A DNA stretch of 64,000 bases, taken from assembly GCA_038087875.1 (NCBI GenBank), contig CM075981.1, forward strand, positions 72,168,001 to 72,232,000, written 5' to 3'. The position numbers and the translations under genes were made by a program. This document shows, piece after piece, positions 53,438 to 64,000 of the stretch. How positions within the stretch are numbered: position 1 is the first letter of the stretch; each line of letters begins with the position of its first letter. The notes beneath the pieces were generated by a model. It ran no database searches, was not told the origin of the DNA, and saw only the letters and a list, made by a program, of their open reading frames with translations. The stretch is from Malacoraja senta. Lineage: Eukaryota.

Positions 53438-56400
53438 TCACCAGTTCATTACTTTAGTTTTACAATAGGGACATTCAATTTTATTAGGTGCACAGTGCTC
53501 ACAGAGGACATAATGCTGGCAAGGCTGGAGTAATATAGAACGGTCACGTTCCTGGCATACAATGCATTTCTTCGACTGGAGTTGATATATTACCTGTATT
53601 GAATGAAAAATAAATTGTGATTTGAATATAGCAATTTCTTTGCCAAGCTTATAACATTCTACATAGTTTTTTAAGCTTGTAAAAAATAGATCAAAACTTT
53701 TGTTCACCATGCATTTAAGATGCAATAAATATTATTGTTCATTACAAGCTCAATATCTATTATTCCCATCCCCTCAACTTCCAGCAAGCTATCACAGTCC
53801 TATTATTAATGGAACCTGATGGCCTGAAGGTCTGGTCAAATAACATGTCTGATTTTCAGTTGATGGTACCCAGAATAAAATGCTTCATTGTTCAGGTTCC
53901 ACTTTCTGAGCACAAGGGAAAAGATGAGTAACTAATTACAAGGTTTTGGTCTAAAGCAGGATATTATCATTGCTTTACTCCACACAGGTTGCTAACTCTC
54001 ACTGTGGTGCAGTCCTTAAGACAGCATTCATTGGTTATTTCTTCACTGCCAAGGTTGCATTATTTGTGCAAGTGCTATTCAATACAGGACAAAATGTCAT
54101 ATATGCATGCACGCATGCAAATGAAACGCACACTTCCAACAATTGTATAGCAATATGGAGTGGGGACTCCATATGTTCTCTTCTGTCCCAGTACTGATAT
54201 GTTGACTAGAAATCAGCTAATTAATCCCAGATGAAACTGATGGTTTCCAGCTACGTAAAGAATCAGTCATACTTTGGATCCCGAATTCTTAGTTTGGTAA
54301 ATAAAGTAACGTACTTTCAAATTTAGAATGGATGAGTGCAGTAGGCTTTTTTTTTTTTTAAGGCGTATATACTTTACGGCTTTATTTTCTACATGCTAAA
54401 TACAAGTTCCAACTCACCCCATCTACAAGGTCCAAATCAGCACGTAATTGGCTTTGTATAGAATGAAGCTTAGGTAAAGGAAGCTTGTCTATGTCCCCAA
54501 AGTTTCTAAGAAGGGGAAAGTTTGGAGAATGACATAAAGCATCGAAATCCTCTTGAAGCTTTTTTAGTTGTTTATCCACTTCTTCCTTCTGTTGTATTAC
54601 TACTTGCCGGTCGGTATCAGCCACTTTCGCCCTTTCTTTGGCTTCCTGAGCTTCCTTTTGCCATGCATCACATGCCTGATTACAGAAACAATGTTATAAA
54701 ACAAGCAGAGGAAGAAAAACACAACTCTAATAAACTTTAATTCATCCTCAAAAGTAAACTGGTGACCTAACGCAACTGTATTTTTGAGAAATGCTGTATC
54801 CACAGCCCATCACTAATTCATGATCTTTCCATTCAATCTGGGATTGAAGAAGCAACATTTCACGAATGGAATTATTGGCTGAAGCAAAGCACTACCAATG
54901 CAAAGATCTCAGTGAGACACTTGCAGTAACACTAATGTAAAGTCAATCTCTGGTGTGATGGTATCAATGAGAATGATTGTTCAGTCATTGTCATTTAACT
55001 GTTCAGTTATAGCCATTTGACTACATGGTTTGTTACAAAGGATACCACATTTTAGTTTATTACATGTAATTGGAATCACGTAATAGCAACAGCACACATC
55101 CAAGATACACATGATCACAACTTAACAGATAAGCTAGATTGAGAAGACATTATGACTCACATAAACCCCATGCAAGTCTCTCTTAAGTATGAGCCATCCC
55201 ACCACTGACAACATTTCTACATTCTCTTACCAACATTCAGGCAAATCAAACACATCCATTATTAAATGTGCAATCTCATGACTTATTTCCTAGTAATTTG
55301 CAGCATATATCCATTATCTGGTTGGAAGGATAGCTCTAAAGAACTTGTTCCAAAGATTTGGAAATGCATGTCTACCCCCTTCACACCCACCTGCTTCACT
55401 TGCTGCCAAGAGTCTTCCCACTGTTTGATCTTCCGTTTTGCCTCCTCAAGTTCTCTCCGCACTCTGGTGAGCTCACTGTTGCTAGAGCCAGCAGTGGTGG
55501 TTGTGGCACTACTACTGAATACAGGGGATGGACTGGGAGAGAAATTACCACTAACAAAATGATCCCAGATGCTTCCAGAAACACCATTCAAACCTAATGG
55601 AAGGAAAACAGATTTCAAATGCACAGTTCAATGGGAAAGAGGGGCAATAAGATAACATGCAGGTTCTGATACTGGTGCCCCATCATCCACAAAACATGGC
55701 TCCGAAGGAAAATCAGCATGGCAGTAAAAGCTTCCTGCATTCATTCTCTACATTGCTAATGATATTAATGTGGCTAATTTCCCTAATTTTTTTATATTCA
55801 AGGCATTATGCCGTTTTGTCCTATTGAAGTCACAACCCTCTCACCCAGTACTGCACTCTCAAGCTCCTTAACCCAGTTCTGTGCTCTATTTCTCCCTTCA
55901 TCCAATTCCATGACTCAAGTATCAACATTAGCCAAATTTGAGAGAGTGTTTCTCCTATTAGACTAAGTCGGCAGGAGAACAGGTACCAGTATGCAGAAGG
56001 AAAAGTGAGGAACAAGTGACATAAGGGAGTGGAAGTGGCAGTTTGAATGACAGTGGGAAGTAGGAGTGTCTTGGGTTCGAGCAAATGAAGTGAGTCTACT
56101 GAGAAGACAATCGATGGTTTAGAAAGAATGTATAATGCACAAAGTGCGGCCAACACGGTTGGTGAGCTACATGCACAAATAGAGATGCGAGAAATGTGGT
56201 GCTGCAACAATAATTGACACAGGGTTTTGAAAAAAAAAAAAAAAAGTAGAATGGGTCATTTTAGAATTCTGGATACAGATGTGCAGAAAAGCAAGCAAGG
56301 TGATACCACTGAAACATAATTATAGAAGAGTTGTCACAATAACGCTGACAGGAGAGAGGGGTCACCCTTGAGCGGGTCAACGATGAGTTAAGGAAGAGGA

Positions 56401-59400
56401 CGAAATGAAGCTTTTGGGGATATTCTGTAAATGGCAAATCGTGAGAGGAAGCTAAAGGAAATCTCCAGAACAGATTGATGTGCATGTAAAGATATCACAA
56501 ATCTTCAATTACCAAGGCAGAGTAAAGGAGAAGTTACTAAGATTCGTTCAAGAGAACCTTCTTGATCCGTAGTTTTTTTAACCTAATATAGTGTATTGGT
56601 GGATCTATTTCCACGGAATTAATGGCTAGCTAGGTGGACGTGTGACTATAAGCAATATCAAAGGTTTTGATTATTTCTTACCCCCTCTCAAACTAAATCA
56701 TCTTGAATGGAGGAGGGCTAACCAATGGAACAAGGGGGAAATCTGGCCAAGTTCATGGGGCAGATAAAACAGGAATGGAAAATAAAATCGTTAAAGAGAT
56801 GCTTCGAGAAGAGGTTACTTACATTCCCACAAAGGTCAAAGCTAGGGGAACCAAAGCCAGAGCTCCCTGGATGACAAAGGAGGCAGAACATAGAGAATAA
56901 AACAAAAAAGGTGTATGATACATATCATTTAAAGAATTTAAGTGAGAACTGGGCAGAACACAGCAACTTGAAAGAGGTAAAAAGGAAAGTAAGATGGACA
57001 ATTGTAAATCACAGGATAATAATGCCAGTTGACATAAAAGTCAGTAAGTCTTAAGCAGATGAAGGGCATATAGGTCAGGACAACTTATGCAATGACAGAG
57101 GCAAAGCAGAAATATTGAAGATATATCAGTGCCGGAACAATGAGAGGGTTTCAAGGCAGAGATTCAAAGGTTTCAGAGCAAGCTGTTCTCACAAAGAAAA
57201 TGGGTGAGACTTCTTAATCTGGTGTCCCTGGATAAATGTGCACATAGAATATGTAGGAAGGAACTGCAGATTAAACTGAAGATGGACAAAAAGCTATAGT
57301 AACTCAATGGGTCAAACAGCATCTCTGGAGAAAAGGAATAGGTGACATTCGGGCTAAGACCCTTCTTTGGTCTGAGTCAGACATATATATCTCTTGTTCC
57401 CCCCCCCCCCCCCCCCGAGTCTCTATCGCTCGTTTCTCTTTCCCCTGACTCTCAGTCTAAAAGGTCTCGACCCAAAATGTCACGTATATCTTTTCTCCTG
57501 AGATGCTGCCTAACTCGCTGAGTTACTCCAGCTTTTGGTGCACATAGAATATATGGATTATCAGCAGGAACAAGGCAATTGGCCCCTTAAGCCTGCTCTG
57601 CCAGTCAATAAGATCACAGTTGATCTGATAGCAATCTCAAATATGTAATTCTGCCAATACCTAGTAACCTTATTCCCTCTTGCTTGTCAAGAATCTATCC
57701 ATCTCTGCCTTAAAAGTATTTGAACACTGCTTCCACCATTTGAGGGAGAGTTCCAAAACTTAAACCTCAGAAAAAAAATTGTGCTTCATCTGACTTGCTT
57801 GTGCAAATAGCGAGCTCTAGTTCTACATTCTCTTACTAGAGGAAACATTCTCTCCACATCCACCTCATCAAGTTCCCTCATGATAGTGTATCTTGCTGTA
57901 ATTTTCATATCCTCCGAGTTACAGAGTCGTGCCAGGTGAAGAGTGAGAAGTGAAATTTAAGAGAAATTATTAAGAGACTTATTTTGGCAGAGTCATTAGA
58001 GATAATGTAGACTAAAAGAACAGGTTTAAGGAGTGCAGGAACCCAAATCCTTGAAGGTGGTAGGACACATTCAGGGAGGGATTGAAGTATATCAGATCCT
58101 GGATGAAACAAAAAAATGCTGGAAACACACAGCAGTTCAGACAGCATTTGTGGAAAGAGAAACCGTTAATGTTGTCGGTCAGGAGACTTCATCAAGACTT
58201 CAATTCACTTTTTCTTTCCTCGAATGCTGCCCAAAAAGATAAGCATTTTCTGATTTTATGGCAGATTGCCAGTTTTTATTATAATTTTCACATGGGATCC
58301 TGGAATTCATATAGAGGCACGCAGCAGGAAAGTGTATTGGATCATCATAAAATACCAGTATCCAATATAATTATTGTCACCACACTTTAGGAAGCACGCG
58401 CAGGCCTAAAATGACACGGAAGAGATGTACTAGAATGGTCCCACGAATGAGAGATTTCAGATGTAAGATTAGATTGAGGAAAATGGGATCCTACTTGAAG
58501 CAAAGTTTTAAAGGAATTTTGACAAAGATGAACATCAGCATGATAAACGTAGAAAGGGCAAATGGGGAGAAGCGGTAACAATCAGCAGATGTTTGGAGAA
58601 GCAGGTGACATCAATTCAAAGTGACACCAAGGAGGGTGCAAGGAGTTTTCCTTCAATATACACTAGAGTATGGTTATGATTGGGAGCTCACCACTTGTAA
58701 GGATGGTGGTAATCAGGGTTTTCAAAGAAACCTTTATAGGGATCTGAGGTACAATATTTTTTCAGATCTATGAGAAAAGAACAGGGCAGAAGGACTGAAT
58801 AGATTACTCTATGAGAACATTAGGACATAATGGGAAAATTGCCACGACCACTGCAGGAACAATTCTGTGATTTTATAGACTATGATAACACTATAAGGAC
58901 CCAAGATCTAAATGCATGCTGATTTACACAGGATGTCATGGTTTGGTCCTCAAGGACTGTTCAGTACATTACACAAGCATTATTTGATAGACCACAAATA
59001 ATGAATAACAAGTATTACTGAAAAAATGCAAGAACTATTCTAAATATATTGGTAGATTTAAAACCATTGAAGTCAAAATGCATAAAAGAGATGCAGGAAA
59101 TGTTACAATAACTTACCCAAGGAACTGTGCGAGGAAGCTGAAGTACCCAGGAGAGTATGCTCAGACTTTGATTGCTGCTGCTGCTGTGGAGCCATGCTGG
59201 ATGAAAGGAAAGATTGGGAAAGGGAACCAAGTGGAGAGGCAGATAAGGATGAAGAAGAATGCAAAGAAGAAGAACGAGCAAGAGATCCTGGAATATTTAC
59301 AGGAGCCGAACTGCCCAATAGTCTCTGACCTGTGAATGCAAAATAAATGTATTGGAAAAAAATAATTTCAACGATGTCAGGGAGATACAATTCATTACAA

Positions 59401-60105
59401 AAGTTAATGCTTCCAACGAGCATTGTTATTTGATCCACAGCATAAGCTGCTCAGTGTTCAGTTAAGAATTGGAGCGCATGAGCACAACTACTTTGCCACT
59501 TTAACAGCTAATTAGGGATAGCCGGCATGGCTTTGTATGCGACAGGTCTCACTAACTTGATTGAGGTTTTTGAGATGATGAAAAAGAATGATGCAGGTAG
59601 GTCAGTGGATGTTCTATACATTGGATTTTTAGTAAGGCGCTTGATAAGTTCCCTCATGGTTGGCTGATCCAGAAGATTATGATGTACTGGATTCACAATG
59701 ACTTGGTTGTATGGATTCAGAACTGTCTTAGTCATGGAAGACAAGAATTTGTGATAGAAGGTATTCTAGCTGGAGTCTGCGACCAGTGGAATTCTGCACG
59801 GATTTGTATTGGGACCTCTGCTGTTTGTGATACATATAAATGACCTGGATGTAAATGTAAGGTACACAAAAATGCTGGAGAAACTCAGCGGGTGCAGCAG
59901 CATCTATGGAGCGAAGGAGATAGGCAACGTTTTGGGCCGAAACCCTTCTTCAGACTGAACCATGTAAATGTAAATGTGTTGGTGAGGGATGAAATTACTT
60001 TTCAATGATTACCTTTTAATCCTATGTCACTAGTATCTTGATCCTCTAATTCTTTATCAAGAGATGCAACATTTACGTCACCAAAATGAAGATCTAAAGC
60101 AGAAC
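53438..60105 (-). CDS. UNKL: Unkempt-like RING finger / RNA-binding protein, 3' part; the 5' exons lie beyond the window
   Basis: Exons 60105-60013 (SALDLHFGDVNVASLDKELE), 59329-59117 (SAPVNIPGSL), 55593-55391 (GSIWDHFVSGNFSPSPSP..WEDSWQQVKQ), 54675-54418 (ACDAWQKEAQEAKER..LHSIQSQLRADL), 53593-53438 (RING: CIVC..PCQHYVLCEHC..CPYC, TGA). Its position next to GNPTG favours UNKL over UNK. Confidence 0.92.
57253..57537. mobile_element. Fold-back Penelope-derived insertion
   Basis: 15-bp TSD GTGCACATAGAATAT at 57238-57252 and 57538-57552; degenerate inverted arms. Confidence 0.8.
59861..59961 (-). mobile_element. Single-arm Penelope-pLTR insertion inside a CR1 remnant
   Basis: TSD ATGTAAATGTAA at 59849-59860 and 59962-59973. 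Confidence 0.7.
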
Positions 60106-62182
60106 CTAAGGTAGGAAAATAAATTTGGTTAAATGAGTCAAATCGGAAAAGCACAGAGACAAGATAAATATGGAAATGTTGGAGCTCACATTCTATAGTC
60201 CCCCCCCCCCACCTCCCTCTGCTAATAGAACTTGCCAATCTCACTGCGAGTCTGAGAGTGGATACCACCGGAACTCTGCAATGATTTTGCTCTGTTGTCG
60301 GGACATTGATTGGGAAATGAGAAACTTCAAATATTAGATGAAACCTCAAAATGTTTAAAGAACGTGAGTGATAAAGAGCCAAAGTCACAAATTACTGCCG
60401 ATACTAATTCGCATGGTGGTTATAGTTAAGAGCACAATTTTGGAGGTCAGTTAGTAACATTAAATGTCAACAATTTCATATGTACTGTAAACAGAAACAT
60501 ACCAGAAAATTCTCAGAGATGAGAAAGGAGATATAACAAATAAAATCGAAACAGAATAGGTTCCTGCAATCATTTAATTCTGGTATCGCGAGACATATGG
60601 ACCAGAAAATTCCACTCAGAGTCTGTACAGACTTCATATTGGATGGTAGGGACTAGTGGAATTAGGCTTGACTCTAAACAAAAGGGAATCAGTGTTTGGT
60701 CAGTAGTTATTGACTATTATCTGCAACAATGGAGGGTCAGAAAATGTAGCCAATAGCTCAGAGGGAGATCAAGGAAGGAGTCACAGGGCAGAGCACTAGC
60801 AAACTGCTACCTCACTGCTCCAGCGGCCCAGGTTCAATTATCTGGTGCTGTGTGTGTGTGAGATTTGCATGTTTTCCATGTGACTGCACAAGTTTCCCTA
60901 GATCGCAAAGACGTACGGGCTAGTAGGTTAATTCACCAAGGTAAATTATTCCTACTACATAGCTGAGTGGCAAAGTTTGCGGGCGGGGAGGAGTGATGAT
61001 GAAAATGTGGAAAGAATAATAGTGTAAATGGGTGCTTGGTCTGTACAGACTCAAATGGGCCAAATACACTTTCCACGTATTACGACTCTACCACTGTGTC
61101 ACACTACTTAGCAAAAATAAATACAAGTTTTCATTCAAAGCAAATTTCACAGATTTTCATATATTGTTGCAAAAATTGCTCATTCTGCCCCTCGTAAGAA
61201 GGTACTATTGTCATGATACAATTCTGTTAATAGTTTGGGATTTTATTCTTATTGACAAGTGACCTTGACAACAAATTTTCATCAAATAACCACCTACATC
61301 CTTTTAGAATAGGAAGTGATATAAAACAAGACCTAAATAGAAAAGGGACTAACTTCATGAGCCTACAATCTTTCTAGTTGAGACAAACAAATTCAGAATA
61401 GGACGGGGAACAAAACCAGCACCTTCATTTATTTTTAAACTTCATTTTTGAAATCTGGATGTTGCTAACAGAATTTATTTCCCCAATCATAATTACCTTC
61501 TAAAGGAGTGGTGAATTCCTTCTTAACTGAATGGTTTGTTGGTGAGTTCAGAGGGCATGTAAGAGTCAGTCAAGTAGAGTGGGTCTGGTTGGATATTTGG
61601 GTCAGATGGGTGAGGATGGAAGATCTCTTTCCCTGAAGGACATCAATGAGGCAGATAGGTTTTTTTTTAAATTGACAATTCAGTATCTTACATGGTGATC
61701 ATTAACTAAAGGTAGGTTTTCTTTTCCTTGCACAAATTCCAGATTATTGAATGAATTTAAATTCCACAGCAGCCACGTTGAGATTTGAATGCACGCCTCA
61801 GAACTGTAAGACCTGCCAATTTAATTGCCAAACAGTTAAATTGTCTCCATATTTATATCCATTTTCTATACCGTTCCTAACCCAAGATCAGAGTTGCACT
61901 AGGTCAATTAGTGCATTTTAAATACATGAATGGGTACAATCAGGGTCCCAATGATTATTTGTGCCATTTATAATGAAAAAATATCATCCGTTAGCCGTGT
62001 ACGACGTCACGATGGGATCCCGAATATCATTTACATTTTTTTTAAAAAATAGCGATTAAAAAAAAAAGAATTGTTTTAATCAAATTCTTCCGTTTTCATT
62101 CACAGCTAACATTGTGTTAGGTTATTTTAAAGGAAAAATGCGATTTTCATTGAGAATTTTTTTTAAATCGTGATTTTCATTG

Positions 62183-62755
62183 TGGGGAGGTGAGGAGTGG
62201 GGGAGCAGGGGATAGAGGGAGAGAAGGGTAGGGAGGGAGAGGGAGGGGAAAGTGGGGGAGGTGAGGAGGGAGTGTGGGGGAGGAGGGGGGGATGGAGGGA
62301 GAGGAGGGGGCAGTGGGGGAGGTAGGGAGTGGGGGATAGAGGGAGGGCAGTGGGGAAGATGATGAGGGAGAGTGGGGGTGGGATAGGGAGGAGTGGGGGG
62401 CAGGAGGATAGAGGGAGAGGAGGGGGGTAGGGAGGGGAGAGAGGTTATGGACGGAGGGAGGGAGTGACTGAGTGTAGTGGAAAGGAGAGGGAGGGAGAGG
62501 TGAGGGAGGGAGTGGGGGAGGGGTGGAGGAGAGGGGAAAGAAGAGGGAGGGTGAAGAGGAGGGGGAGGGAGTGCTGGGGGATGAGGGGGAATGGAAGAGG
62601 ATAGGGGTAGGAAGAGGGATGGCGAGGTAATGGAGGAGGGGGGTAGAGGGAGGAGGGGAGGGAGGGGGTGAGGGGAGGAAGCAGAGGAGTTGATGGAGGG
62701 TGGGGAGAGGGAGGATAATGGAGGAGGGGAATAGGGGACTGAAGAGGAAGAGTGA
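62183..62755. repeat. G/A-rich low-complexity tract (GGA/GGGA)
   Basis: Almost pure purine + strand with many G-runs. Confidence 0.9.
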
Positions 62756-64000
62756 GATGCGTTCACATTGATCTTATTTTTTTACAAGTTATTGCCATTT
62801 TGAACTTCAAAAACGTCGCAATCGCGCTCCCTCTTGCCGGCCGCGCCTGCGCTGTTGGGGGAGGGTTGCCGTGACTTGCGTCACAACGGGGATCGCTGGC
62901 ATCACAACGGGAACCCGTTAGCTGCATCTGCACAGTTGGGGGCTATGGGTCAGTGGTGGAATATTGCCTTGGGTGACAGGCCCAACGGGTCTGCACCTGG
63001 TCTAGTGATACATAAAGGACAGAATGAGCATCAATTCTACATTATATTACAGTAAAATATCCAGATGAAAAAAAATGTTCAAATATTTTCGAGCAAACTG
63101 GGGTTGCTGACTATCAAATTTAATTCATTATTTCTAGCCATTGTCCCGAGGCATCACTGGTGTATATTTGCAAGCATGATGCCCACCCTCCTATCTCACC
63201 TACACCATGTTTATTTATTCAGATGCTTCAACAGCGAGTGCTGCAGGCCTGCCACATACTGCATATTTTGTCCCGTCTCACTCTACACACACCAAGTACA
63301 GTCCCCCATCTGTGACTTACACCGGGCCTTCCCCTTCAAACCACAAAGGCCTAATGTAGCAGCGCAAACAGCACTGGCATATTAGCTAACTCAGTCACTC
63401 ACTCTTCAGTACAACATTTTTGATGCAAAAATTAATTATAAAGATTTAATATGAAACTTTACATGTGGAAGATCCCTCACATTACTAAATAATGTTTGAC
63501 CAAAAAACAATACTTTCCGATATTTAAAATAATCTTTAAATATGTGGCTTGTTTGCAGAGTTCTAAACCTAATCTATTTATGTTATAGAACAGGTTACAT
63601 TCTTTCCTCAATCAACCATCTACACTCTTATCTATTTAAGCACTGTTCACGACACTTCCTAACAAGCCAAGACATTCAGACAGAATTATCCATATCCTCA
63701 TTGTGAATTTTCTTAAAATATCCATAAACCTCAAGAGAAAATCTTATCCAGCAACATAATACATTATAATGGCATGTGACTGCAACAGACCTTGGCAGTG
63801 GACACTGCGGGAACTTATGAATTCTTACAGTAAATATGCCCTCACCTCGGCTGTTCAGGACTCGTACTGGCCTTCTGACTGCTGAGTCACTCTGCACCAG
63901 CTTCTGATCCACACCCATTTCCAGTCAGACACACCACTCCCTCCCTCTTCACAAACTGACTAATCAAAGCAATTTGCATCACGTGCGCTCTGCAACCTAA

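Noticed and set aside
62122-62766. 214-aa proline-rich ORF
   Set aside because: Low-complexity G/A tract with no splice or homology support.
63990-64000. Possible end of the next upstream UNKL exon (TTAG|GTTGCA on -)
   Set aside because: Weak donor at the window edge, with too little sequence to test.

Overview
This is eukaryotic, intron-rich vertebrate DNA. The repeat content (tRNA-derived V-SINE/HE1-like SINEs, CR1, Rex/Babar, Penelope-like elements) points to a cartilaginous fish, probably a skate or ray; that species call is an inference. Four spliced genes were rebuilt by hand from GT-AG boundaries, in the same order as human 16p13.3: the 3' part of BAIAP3 (+, 7 exons, 1173-16561), complete TSR3 (-, 310 aa), complete GNPTG (+, 294 aa, head-to-head with TSR3 across a CpG island), and the 3' part of UNKL (-, 5 exons plus a long 3'UTR). 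The most notable observations: (1) a very young 1.92-kb gypsy LTR element with scrambled, partly inverted gag/PR/RNaseH/IN pieces and a 35-nt tRNA-Leu primer copy that runs past m1A58; (2) a minisatellite built from the GNPTG exon-1 splice donor itself (~22 copies); (3) many Penelope-derived short elements with minimal hammerhead-ribozyme cores, often inserted as TSD-flanked fold-back palindromes, one of them in the predicted UNKL 3'UTR; (4) a decayed duplicate of GNPTG exon 9 that still has its acceptor. All homology calls come from recalled protein and repeat motifs, not from database searches.
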